Shown piece by piece: positions 17,710 through 26,349 of a stretch of DNA of 32,000 bases. Positions within the stretch are counted from its first letter, which is position 1, and each line of letters starts with the position of its first letter. The position numbers and the translations under genes are program-made. Origin of the DNA: Candidatus Nanosynbacter lyticus (GTDB lineage: Bacteria; Patescibacteriota; Saccharimonadia; Saccharimonadales; Saccharimonadaceae); contig NZ_CP007496.1 in the NCBI RefSeq assembly GCF_000803625.1, positions 300,001 through 332,000 of the forward strand, written 5' to 3'. Below the pieces are notes generated by a model that saw only the letters and a list, made by a program, of their open reading frames with translations, was not told the DNA's origin and searched no databases.

Positions 17710-18894
17710 TCATTTCTTAAACTCCTTCAATCTAAAACCAAAAGTTGAACCGTGATTCAGTCGGCTTTCTACCTCAATTTTACAGCCCAGCTTTTTGGCT
17801 AATTTGGCGGATACGTAAAGTCCCAGGCCAGTGCCCTTAGTTTCGCGCGTGCGATAATCTTCAGCTCGATAAAACTTATCAAATATTTTATTTAAGTCAG
17901 CCTTACTAATACCAATACCAGTGTCAATGATTTTAAAGATAATTTCGCCAGATCGATTCTTTTTAATTGACAGCGTAACTGAGCCTTCTTGGGTGTAGCG
18001 GATGGCGTTAGTAATAAAGTTCTGAAGTATTTCTTCTAGATATAAACGAGAAGCTTGGACTGACCCAAGCCGCCCACCAATGTCCAAATTAAAGGCCAAG
18101 TTTTTTTCTGCTGCCTGTGGCGAGTACTCAGAGTTTATCTGTGCGGCAAGTTCGGCTACGTCGATTATCTCTGTCTCGTCAGCAATTCCCCTTTCGGCGC
18201 GTGATAACGTACTCAGATCATTTACCATGCGCGCTAAAAATAAAATTTGCTTATGAGATTCGTCAATTGCCTCAGGTATTTTGCTAGTAATATTACGCTC
18301 GACAAGCAATTTAGCGTTACTTAGCGACCCTTCGGCTATGGCAATGGGTGTGCGTAGTTCGTGACTCACTATACTAATGAATTCATCGCGTTCCTCTTCC
18401 AGGCTTTTTGTTTTGGTGACGTCGCGTAAAATTAGCACATAGCCATCCGGAGTTATTTTATCGCCACCTTGAACTGGAGCAAGTGTTACTTCCAGCCGTA
18501 CGTAATCATCATCGTCAATCATCATAATTATGTCATCGCGCTGACGAATTGTTGAAGATTTAGTGAGCTCCTTGAAGATGTCAATTGGCTTTTTATCAAT
18601 CGTCTTCAGCTCTAAAACTTGGCTAATATGCTCGCCATTAATGCCGCTGTTTGTGTCGATTAAACTAAGAGCGGCAGAGTTATAAGTATTGATGATTCCG
18701 TGTTCATCGGTGCTGAGAATGGCATCAGTGATATTGTTAATTAGCGTGATTAGTCTTTGATGCTCTCTAAGGTTTTTCCTGGGGGTTTTTTTACTTAATT
18801 TGCCGTCAATTTTTTGTAACAATTGATGTAGGGCAATAGTTATACTTCCCAAGATAACACTAAGAATAATCAACAAAATAATGAACACCCACAT
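17710..18894 (-). CDS. PAS-domain sensor histidine kinase
   Basis: One N-terminal TM; PAS 'NITDAILSTDEHGIINTYNSAALSLI'; HisKA 'FISIVSHELRTPIAIAEGSL'; HATPase 'NFITNAIRYTQEG', 'DTGIGI', 'GTGLGLYVSAKL'. Confidence 0.93.
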   Translation of the reverse strand: MWVFIILLIILSVILGSITIALHQLLQKIDGKLSKKTPRKNLREHQRLITLINNITDAILSTDEHGIINTYNSAALSLIDTNSGINGEHISQVLELKTIDKKPIDIFKELTKSSTIRQRDDIIMMIDDDDYVRLEVTLAPVQGGDKITPDGYVLILRDVTKTKSLEEERDEFISIVSHELRTPIAIAEGSLSNAKLLVERNITSKIPEAIDESHKQILFLARMVNDLSTLSRAERGIADETEIIDVAELAAQINSEYSPQAAEKNLAFNLDIGGRLGSVQASRLYLEEILQNFITNAIRYTQEGSVTLSIKKNRSGEIIFKIIDTGIGISKADLNKIFDKFYRAEDYRTRETKGTGLGLYVSAKLAKKLGCKIEVESRLNHGSTFGFRLKEFKK

Positions 18895-18924
18895 GGCTTA
18901 AGTATAGCATAAGCGTATATATTT

Positions 18925-19617
18925 CTATACGTGCGGTGAATATTTTTTTAGTTCATTGCGGTGGGTTTTATATTGCGGATCAAATTTGGCAACTTCCGAC
19001 CAGAATGCTGTCGAGTGGTTCATGTACCTGGTGTGACATAGTTCATGAATAATTATGTAGTCAATAAGTTCAAACGGTAAGTTCATCATCCCAATATTTA
19101 GGCTGATTGTTCCAGAAGAAGAACAGCTTCCCCAGCGGCTGGAGGCGTGAGTTATTTTACAGCGAGAAAAAGAAAAACCATGCTTTTCTGCTAGAAATGA
19201 TAGACGCCTTGGTAGGTGTCCTTTTGCCTCTTTCCTGAGGGCGATGAGGATTTTATCACGAATAATTTGCTGGACTGGAGCGGATTTAATTGATTCTGAT
19301 TCGTTAATTTCCGCTAATATTTGAGTACCGATAATTTTCACGTTAGACGACTTAGTTGTGGATTGTATTAACAGATGATGGCTTTTACCAATTTGCTGAT
19401 TTTCGGTATAAGAAAAGGTTGCTTGGTGTTTAGAAACTAATTCGCGAATCTGTTTACGCGAGGTTTTAATTAGCATTTTTGCTGCGACAACAGGCGCATA
19501 TACAGGCATAGTAACTCTAAGTCGGCCATCCGGCGCGATTTTTAGACTAACGCTCTTCGCTAGACTTTGTCTTTTAACGACAATCTCTCCGAACTCAGCA
19601 TCGGTAATGGTTGGCAT
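18925..19617 (-). CDS. YgjP/DUF45-like metallopeptidase
   Basis: 'SRWGSCSSSGTISLNIGMMNLPFELIDYIIIHELCHTRYMNHSTAFWSEVAKFDPQYK' (HExxH variant HELCH...H). Confidence 0.85.
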   Translation of the reverse strand: MPTITDAEFGEIVVKRQSLAKSVSLKIAPDGRLRVTMPVYAPVVAAKMLIKTSRKQIRELVSKHQATFSYTENQQIGKSHHLLIQSTTKSSNVKIIGTQILAEINESESIKSAPVQQIIRDKILIALRKEAKGHLPRRLSFLAEKHGFSFSRCKITHASSRWGSCSSSGTISLNIGMMNLPFELIDYIIIHELCHTRYMNHSTAFWSEVAKFDPQYKTHRNELKKYSPHV

Positions 19618-19619
19618 GC

Positions 19620-20159
19620 TTATCCTATGCTAATGCGATTTGACATAACGCGACGTGGGGCTTCTGGGCGACTGGTGCCAATTTGCTTAAGGACAGTGCG
19701 CGCTTGAGTACTTAGGGTGTGGCGGCCGCTAATTACAATGTAAGATTCACTACTGTGTGGTGCGGAGAATTGTTTTAATCGACGATCGAACGATTCACTG
19801 TCTTGTCCGTAATTTTTTATCCAGCGTCGTTTGGCGGTTGCAGAATCAGTCTGCACCCAGACAAATAGGACTTTATATCCATATTCTCTAGCCAACCGAT
19901 TAATACGCATGCGGTTAGTGCGTTGGTCGGTAGCGCCGTCTAGAATGATAGTTTGCTTGGTCTTCAAAAATTCTTCTAAGATAGCCAAAGTCGCGTCAGA
20001 AATGGCTTTTGTGTCGTCTGTAAAAACTTCAAATTGACGAGAATTAATTACTGGAGAATTAAAAATTTTTGCAAATTCTGTAGCAAACTGAGTCTTCCCT
20101 GAACCCGGTGTGCCAACCATGGCAATAATGTGAGGAAGCGAAGGAGATAGAGGTTTCAT
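19620..20159 (-). CDS. P-loop AAA/kinase-like ATP-binding protein
   Basis: Walker A 'MVGTPGSGKTQFATEFA'; 'IILDGATDQRTNRMRINRLAREYGYKVLFVWVQTD'. Confidence 0.75.
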   Translation of the reverse strand: MKPLSPSLPHIIAMVGTPGSGKTQFATEFAKIFNSPVINSRQFEVFTDDTKAISDATLAILEEFLKTKQTIILDGATDQRTNRMRINRLAREYGYKVLFVWVQTDSATAKRRWIKNYGQDSESFDRRLKQFSAPHSSESYIVISGRHTLSTQARTVLKQIGTSRPEAPRRVMSNRISIG

Positions 20160-20194
20160 ATGGAGAGATTATAACAGATTTTTTACTAATAAAA

Positions 20195-20220
20195 AAGATT
20201 CTCTTTTAAGTGAGAATCTT
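20195..20220 (-). terminator. Intrinsic terminator immediately after tRNA-Trp
   Basis: Minus strand: AAGATTCTC-ACTTAAAA-GAGAATCTT-TTTTAT. The first stem base is the terminal A of CCA. Confidence 0.8.
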
Positions 20221-20296
20221 GGCAGGAGTGGAGGGACTCGAACCCCCGACACCTGGTTTTGGAGACCAGTGCTCTAGCCACCTGAGCTACACTCCT
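20220..20296 (-). tRNA. tRNA-Trp (CCA anticodon), 3'-CCA encoded
   Basis: AGGAGTG acceptor pairs CACTCCT; anticodon arm CTGGT-CTCCAAA-ACCAG; T arm GGGGGTTCGAGTCCCTC. Confidence 0.97.
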
Positions 20297-20385
20297 ATGA
20301 CGTTCATTTTATCATGAATTGCCCTTCTGGCAAATGTTAAAATTGTGAAAAATAAATATTTCGTGAAAAAAAATACCAAAATCTC

Positions 20386-20414
20386 TTGAAAAAACATAAA
20401 CGTCGTCCTACAAT
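20386..20414 (+). promoter_or_regulatory. Promoter TTGAAA-N17-TACAAT
   Basis: -35 at 20386-20391, -10 at 20409-20414. It overlaps the nominal 5' end of the ORF-track call, so the real start is probably ATG 20425. Confidence 0.6.
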
Positions 20415-20424
20415 GAAAACAGAG

Positions 20425-21627
20425 ATGAAAATTTTAATGCTTGGGTGGGAACTTCCTCCGCACAACAGTGGCGGACTTGGCGTTGCCTGCTATCAGATGT
20501 CGAAAGCGCTCGTTTCAGAGGGTGTTGATATTGACTTTATTATTCCCTATACCGCCAAGCATCCCGAGATTGACTATATGGATGTATATTCAGCCACTCC
20601 TTTGCCGCCGAATTATCACGATTTGGGTGCATATAATAACGGCTCAGAGGAAGACCGTGAAAATGCCAAGGATGAATACGGTCTTTCCCCTATGCGCGCT
20701 GTGCAGAGGCGTTACGGTAAATACGTTCGGAAGTTTGTGAAAAATCATCAGCCTGACGCGATTCACGCACATGATTGGTTAACGATGGAAGCTGGAATAA
20801 TTGCTAAGGAGATGACTGGTGCGCCGCTAATTGTGCATGTTCACGCGACGGAATTTGACCGTTCTGGCGAGCAGTCCGGAAATCCTCTGGTTCACGAAAT
20901 TGAGCAACAAGGACTATTGATGGCGGATCGGATAATTGCCGTAAGCGAGATCACGAAAGAAATAATTGTTAAGAATTATCACATTCCGCCAGAGAAAATT
21001 GAGGTGGTTTATAACGCGATTGATTTGGCTGATTTGCCACCTCATGAATATGATGCCAGTACTTACAGGTATTTGGAGGAGTTGAAGGAGGATGGTTATA
21101 CGGTTGTTGGCGCGTTGACGCGACTCACGGTTCAGAAAGGTTTGACGTATTTTGTGCGAGCTGCAGCGAAGGCGCTTGATAAATATGAGAAAATCGTTTT
21201 TGTTTTATCTGGAAATGGTGAACAGAGAGATGAGTTGATTGAACTGGCGGCAGATTTAGGGATTAGCGATAAGATGATTTTTACAGGATTTGTGCGCGGA
21301 AAACAGTGGCGAGATATTTACTGTTTGATTGATGTTTTTGTGATGAGTTCGGTTTCTGAGCCATTTGGTTTGACTGCCTTGGAAGCAGCACATCATGACA
21401 CGGCGTTACTTATTAGTCGTCAATCCGGCGTCGGCGAGGTTCTGAATAATATTATGCGGTTTGATTATTGGGATGTAAATAAATTGGCGGATGAAATTGT
21501 TAATGTCGCTGAATCGCCTGCCTTACAGAAATCTCTGAAGAAAAACGTTAAGAATGAATACGCGAGAATTTCCTGGCAAGATGCCGCTAGAAAATGTCTG
21601 AAACTGTATAAAGGAGCGCTGGCATGA
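20425..21627 (+). CDS. Glycosyltransferase family 4/5 (glycogen synthase-like)
   Basis: 'MKILMLGWELPPHNSGGLGVACYQMSKAL', 'HAHDWLT', 'TRLTVQKGLTYFVRAAAKAL', 'SSVSEPFGLTALEAAHHDTALLISRQSGVGEVL'. Confidence 0.85.
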   Translation: MKILMLGWELPPHNSGGLGVACYQMSKALVSEGVDIDFIIPYTAKHPEIDYMDVYSATPLPPNYHDLGAYNNGSEEDRENAKDEYGLSPMRAVQRRYGKYVRKFVKNHQPDAIHAHDWLTMEAGIIAKEMTGAPLIVHVHATEFDRSGEQSGNPLVHEIEQQGLLMADRIIAVSEITKEIIVKNYHIPPEKIEVVYNAIDLADLPPHEYDASTYRYLEELKEDGYTVVGALTRLTVQKGLTYFVRAAAKALDKYEKIVFVLSGNGEQRDELIELAADLGISDKMIFTGFVRGKQWRDIYCLIDVFVMSSVSEPFGLTALEAAHHDTALLISRQSGVGEVLNNIMRFDYWDVNKLADEIVNVAESPALQKSLKKNVKNEYARISWQDAARKCLKLYKGALA

Positions 21628-22826
21628 ATAAAAATAAAGGAATAGTTTTATATCTACACGTACACCAACCGTGGCGAATACGCGAGTATAGTATATTTGA
21701 CGTGGCTTGGAAGTATAACTATTTCTCTGGCGGTCAAAATCCAGATCAGGACAATCAAAAAATATTCCAAAAAGTTGCAGAAAAGTCGTATTTGCCGATG
21801 AATGCTTTGCTTGAAAAGTTGCTGAAAAAATATCCTGATTTTAAGATCTCGTTGAGTTTTAGTGGAACGTTTTTAGAGCAAGCCGAAAGGTTTAATCCTG
21901 AGGTTTTGGAAAGTTTTAAGCGCTTAGTAAAGACTGGTCAAGTAGAAATATTATCAAGTCCGTATCATCACAGTCTGGCGTTTTTCTATTCGCGCAAGGA
22001 ATTCGAGCGTCAAGTTGAGCTTCATCGCTGGAAGATTCGCGAGATTTTTGGTGCGGAAACACGAGTTTTAGCAAATACAGAGTTGGCGTATAGTGATGAC
22101 TTGGCGAAATGGGCTGAGCAGGATGGCTTTAAGGGTGTGTTGGCTGAAGGCTGGGATCCGATTCTGAATTGGCGCAGTCCGAATTATGTATATCGCCCGA
22201 GAGGCACGAAGAAAATTGGATTGCTACTTAAGAATTATCGATTGAGCGATGATTTGGCGTTTAGGTTTAGCGATCGAAAATGGAATGAATGGCCGCTGAC
22301 TGCGGATAAGTTTAATACGTGGGTGGAAGATTCTGTCCGTTACGCGCCACTGCTTAACTTGTTCATGGACTATGAAACTTTCGGCGAACATCAATGGGCG
22401 GAATCTGGGATTTTCGGCTTCTTTGAGAAGTTTGTTGATAAATGGCTGAGTGCTGATGGCAATACTTTCTATACCGTTAGCGAGGCACTGGATGCGAATG
22501 CGCCTGCCGGTGAAATAAGTATGCCGTCGCCTGTAACGTGGGCGGACGCTGAGCGGGATTTGACGGCTTGGAATGGAAACAGCCTGCAGAAAGAAGCTTT
22601 GCGATATGTCTATGAGCTCGAAGATGAGGTCTTGAATAGTAAAGACGAAGGTCTAATTAGCGATTGGCGAAAATTGCAAACTTCAGACCACTTCTATTAC
22701 ATGGGAACGAAGAATTTTACCGACGGCGATGTCCACGCTTATTTTAGTCCGTATGATTCGCCATACGACGCTTTTCTTTACTATATGAATACTATTCGTG
22801 ATATGAAATCTCGATTGAGGAAATAG
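21624..22826 (+). CDS. Glycoside hydrolase family 57 (alpha-amylase/4-alpha-glucanotransferase-like)
   Basis: 'GIVLYLHVHQPWRIREYS', 'ILSSPYHHSLAF', 'LFMDYETFGEHQW', '...LQTSDHFYYMGTK'. Overlaps the upstream stop by 4 nt. Confidence 0.88.
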   Translation: MNKNKGIVLYLHVHQPWRIREYSIFDVAWKYNYFSGGQNPDQDNQKIFQKVAEKSYLPMNALLEKLLKKYPDFKISLSFSGTFLEQAERFNPEVLESFKRLVKTGQVEILSSPYHHSLAFFYSRKEFERQVELHRWKIREIFGAETRVLANTELAYSDDLAKWAEQDGFKGVLAEGWDPILNWRSPNYVYRPRGTKKIGLLLKNYRLSDDLAFRFSDRKWNEWPLTADKFNTWVEDSVRYAPLLNLFMDYETFGEHQWAESGIFGFFEKFVDKWLSADGNTFYTVSEALDANAPAGEISMPSPVTWADAERDLTAWNGNSLQKEALRYVYELEDEVLNSKDEGLISDWRKLQTSDHFYYMGTKNFTDGDVHAYFSPYDSPYDAFLYYMNTIRDMKSRLRK

Positions 22827-22845
22827 TCAGACATTCTTGCTAAAT

Positions 22846-22872
22846 AAAAACTCCCTCTGAATGCGAGGGAGT
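22846..22872. terminator. Bidirectional intrinsic terminator
   Basis: AAACTCCCTC-TGAATGC-GAGGGAGTTT between convergent genes. Confidence 0.85.
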
Positions 22873-22892
22873 TTCTGTATGATCCTGTTAAA

Positions 22893-23111
22893 TTAGCTTT
22901 TACGAGCTTTAACTTCGTTACGACCGAGGTTCTTCTTTGTCTCAGTATAGGTCGCGTGCTGCCTTGCAATTGGGTCATACTTCTTCAGTGTTAATTTTCC
23001 CTGACCTTTAGTGGTGCGGTTTTGGGTATTAACGGTAGTATAGTAAGTTCGGTGGTTGCTCAAGTTACTCACCAAACCAATCAGCTTTCGTTTCGTATTC
23101 TTCTTTGCCAT
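22893..23111 (-). CDS. rpmG: 50S ribosomal protein bL33 (no zinc-ribbon Cys)
   Basis: 72 aa; 'YYTTVNTQNRTTKGQGKLTLKKYDPIARQHATYTETKK' matches the L33 core. Confidence 0.85.
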   Translation of the reverse strand: MAKKNTKRKLIGLVSNLSNHRTYYTTVNTQNRTTKGQGKLTLKKYDPIARQHATYTETKKNLGRNEVKARKS

Positions 23112-23158
23112 CTCTTTACTCGTTAGATTTTATAAAACGTCTTGGCTAATTATAGCAT

Positions 23159-23699
23159 GTGTGGAGTAAAAATGCTAGTACCATATCAGATTTTACTAAT
23201 TTTTATGCTTACTTCGCTAATCACCTAGTCAAGTATCAACCCGCGTACTTTATCGATTCTCTGTTCTATCGATCGTTTCGTCACAGTTCCCTCCTAACTT
23301 TGTTAAGACTGCGTTTTGGTAAAACTCTCTCTTCTTACGACTTTGCGAAAAAATTCAATGCTAAGAATGTTTTGATAGTTACTAATCACCCAGTAATTGC
23401 CAATTCATGGTTTGATGATTTTGAAAAGTTTATTGACGGGTATTATTTTATTTCGACGGCAGATTTTTTAAAAGAACGCGAAACTTTGTCTAGGGACGAA
23501 TTCCTTAATAAAGCTAATTCATCAAGTGAAGATGGGCAAACCTTCTTAAGTTTGCAGGATCTAAAAGGAGGTAGGGCTCTTGGCGGACCACACAATAAAT
23601 TAAAGTGGGCGGCGGATCTGAACTGAGATTTGTTGATTATAGATGAGTCTGGTAAGATGATCGAATTGGACGCAGAGAAAGTTTTGACTTATCATCACG
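23159..23699 (+). pseudogene. Decayed fragment of a DEAD/DEAH-type (restriction-associated) helicase
   Basis: 'LRLRFGKTLSSYDFAKKFNAKNVLIVTNHPVIANSWFDDFEKFI' resembles motif I and Ia regions. In-frame TGA at 23624 is followed by '(stop)DLLIIDES', where a DExH motif II is expected. The ORF closes about 20 codons later. Confidence 0.5.
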
Positions 23700-23796
23700 A
23701 AGGAGGATGTTAACCGCTTTTGCGATAAGAAATAGCGAAAGTACGGTATACTTATAGTAAAGATATTTATAAGTTAATTTGCGGAAGGAAAATAAC

Positions 23797-26346
23797 GTGG
23801 CACAAAAGGAAGCTAAAGCGCGACTAAAGATAAATATGCTACTTTCTGATGCCGGGTGGAGATTGTTGGATAACGAAGACGGTCCCGCTAATGTCGATGT
23901 AGAAAACAAAGTAGATATCGAAAACCTGGGCGATGATTTTGAAAATACGAGACGAGGGTTTGTCGATTACCTTCTTCTAGGCTCTAACCAGAAGCCCATT
24001 GCCGTCCTTGAAGCTAAGCGTGAAAGCATTCCTCCGCTTTCCGCTAAAGAACAAGCTCGCGATTATGCCAATTCTCTACACTTAAGGTATGTAATTCTTA
24101 GTAACGGCAACACGCATTATCTGTGGGATATGCAATTTGGTAACCCCGAGCCAATTAGTAGCTTTCCGACTCTAAGCTCATTAGAAGATGAAAAGAAATG
24201 GGTTTCCGATGTTGATGCGCTTGTAAACGAGAATATTTCTCGAACCTATATCGCCGAATCTCAAATGCCTGAAATTAAAACGCATCCCGATTATATAAAC
24301 GAAGATACTCGTAGTGAATTTATAGAGAAAAATAAACTGAAAATCCTTCGCAAGTATCAGGTAAATGCGATTAAGGCCGTTCAAAAATCGGCGCAAAACG
24401 GCAATAAACGCTTCCTGCTCGAGATGGCGACTGGCACCGGAAAAACTTTAACTTGCGCTGCTATTATCAAACTATTTCTAAAGACAGGAAACGCTCAGAG
24501 AATCCTCTTTTTGGTTGACCGCATTGAATTAGAAAATCAGGCCAAGAAGTCTTTTAGGCAGTCCATCGGTAAAGATTACGTGGTTAAGGTGTGGAAGGAA
24601 GATAGAGATAACTGGAAGACTGCCGATATCGTTATTAGTACGGTCCAATCTCTTTTGGCGAGTAGTCGCTATCGTGATTTTAGTCCGAATGACTTTAATT
24701 TAATTATCTCAGATGAGGCGCATCGTTCTATTGGCGGCAACGCGAGAGCTGTTTTCGAATATTTCACTGGGTACAAGATTGGGCTTACCGCCACACCGAA
24801 GGATTTTTTAAAGAATACCAAGCAAGATGAAAATTCAGAAAAAGAATTCGAACGCAGAGAGTTATTGGATACCTATAGGACTTTTGGGTGCGAATCTGGT
24901 CAACCGACTTTTAGATATGACCTAAAAGATGGCGTAAACGATCCTGATGGTCCGTTTTTGGTGAATCCCGTCATCCTGGATGCTAGGACGAATATTACCT
25001 CACGACTGCTCGCAGATGAAGGCTATGCAGTCCATAAAATTATTGATGGCGAAGATGTTGACGAGAATTTTGGTATCAGAGATTTCGAGAAAACATTTTT
25101 CAATGAAGAGACCAATCGCGTGTTCTGTGAGACTTTTATGAAATACGCGGCGGTCGATCCGTTATCTAAAGAAATTGGTAAAACCATCATCTTTACTGTT
25201 AGCCAAAAACACGCAGAAAAAATAGTCCAAATGCTTAACCAAATTGCTATGGAAAAGTTCCCTGGTAAGTATAATTCTGATTTCGCTATTCAGATTACGA
25301 GTAATGTTCGTGACGCTCAACAGCTCTCGATTAGTTTTTCTGAAAATAATCTGCGCGGACATACAAGGTGGCTTTCGGATTACGAAAGTAGTCGCACTAG
25401 AGTCGCCGTCACGGTCGGCATGATGACGACCGGTTACGATTGCTCCGATTTATTAAATCTCGTGTTCATGCGTCCAGTGTTTAGCCCTTCTGACTTTATT
25501 CAGATGAAAGGTCGAGGTACGCGACTCCATACGTTCAAATATGTAGATTATGAAAATGGCGAGAAAGTTAAAACTATTAAGAAAGAAAACTTCCGTATTA
25601 TAGACTTTTTCGCAGTTTGCGAATACTTCGAAGAAAAATACGACTATAATGCGCCGTTGGTAGTGCCAATGAGTAGGCAAACGCAAAACACTTTAGTGAC
25701 GCCGCTGCTTATCGATGTCGATCCTCCCGTGATCGTGGTAAACCGTACGGTAGACCTGAATGAGAATGATTCCCTGAGTGGAATAGATGAGACGATTGTT
25801 GGTAAAGAAGGCATGCGCGTTGATCGCGAGATGTTCCGCAGCTTCCAAGATGAGGTGAAATCTAATGAAGAATTCGTCAAGTTGTATAATAATGGCAATA
25901 TTGATGGGGCGCTAAGCTATCTTAAATCCGAAATACTCGGCGAAGATAAGCCTAAGTTCTATATGACTCCTGAGAAAATTCGCAAAATCTTCAATCTAGA
26001 CCGCAGGCTAGACCTTCGTGAGATTCTGGATCTAATCATGAACAATAAAGAGCCATTGACTAAAGCTCAATATATCCAGCAAAAGTTTAATGAACTTATT
26101 TCGGATAAAGGGCTGAGTGAAACTTTGGTTGGAGAGTTGTACAACGATGCATTTGAATTATTTGATGCGTATATCACTGATCGACGCGTGTCTGAGGCTA
26201 TAGATAATAGAGATTATAGTCTACTGGCTGGATTCGGCTCTATTACAATCGAACAGCTCAAACGCCTAGGTATCGAAAGAGTAAATCAGATTATTAGCTA
26301 TATTAGAGATTATATTAATGTAGAAAAACTAAGAGTAAAGGATTAA
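23797..26346 (+). CDS. hsdR: Type I restriction-modification system restriction (R) subunit
   Basis: N-terminal nuclease 'RRGFVDYLLLGSNQKPIAVLEAKRE', Walker A 'LEMATGTGKTLTCAAI', 'IISDEAHRSIGGNARAVFEYF', 'QMKGRGTRLHTF'. GTG start with GGAAGGAAAA Shine-Dalgarno sequence; the ORF is open from 23779. Confidence 0.95.
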   Translation: MAQKEAKARLKINMLLSDAGWRLLDNEDGPANVDVENKVDIENLGDDFENTRRGFVDYLLLGSNQKPIAVLEAKRESIPPLSAKEQARDYANSLHLRYVILSNGNTHYLWDMQFGNPEPISSFPTLSSLEDEKKWVSDVDALVNENISRTYIAESQMPEIKTHPDYINEDTRSEFIEKNKLKILRKYQVNAIKAVQKSAQNGNKRFLLEMATGTGKTLTCAAIIKLFLKTGNAQRILFLVDRIELENQAKKSFRQSIGKDYVVKVWKEDRDNWKTADIVISTVQSLLASSRYRDFSPNDFNLIISDEAHRSIGGNARAVFEYFTGYKIGLTATPKDFLKNTKQDENSEKEFERRELLDTYRTFGCESGQPTFRYDLKDGVNDPDGPFLVNPVILDARTNITSRLLADEGYAVHKIIDGEDVDENFGIRDFEKTFFNEETNRVFCETFMKYAAVDPLSKEIGKTIIFTVSQKHAEKIVQMLNQIAMEKFPGKYNSDFAIQITSNVRDAQQLSISFSENNLRGHTRWLSDYESSRTRVAVTVGMMTTGYDCSDLLNLVFMRPVFSPSDFIQMKGRGTRLHTFKYVDYENGEKVKTIKKENFRIIDFFAVCEYFEEKYDYNAPLVVPMSRQTQNTLVTPLLIDVDPPVIVVNRTVDLNENDSLSGIDETIVGKEGMRVDREMFRSFQDEVKSNEEFVKLYNNGNIDGALSYLKSEILGEDKPKFYMTPEKIRKIFNLDRRLDLREILDLIMNNKEPLTKAQYIQQKFNELISDKGLSETLVGELYNDAFELFDAYITDRRVSEAIDNRDYSLLAGFGSITIEQLKRLGIERVNQIISYIRDYINVEKLRVKD

Positions 26347-26349
26347 TGA

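Noticed and set aside
23624-23626. TGA read as a sense codon (recoding as in Gracilibacteria/Absconditabacteria)
   Set aside because: Intact genes throughout the window use TGG for Trp and run to full length without internal TGA. This single TGA lies in a gene fragment that also degenerates downstream, so a pseudogene is simpler.
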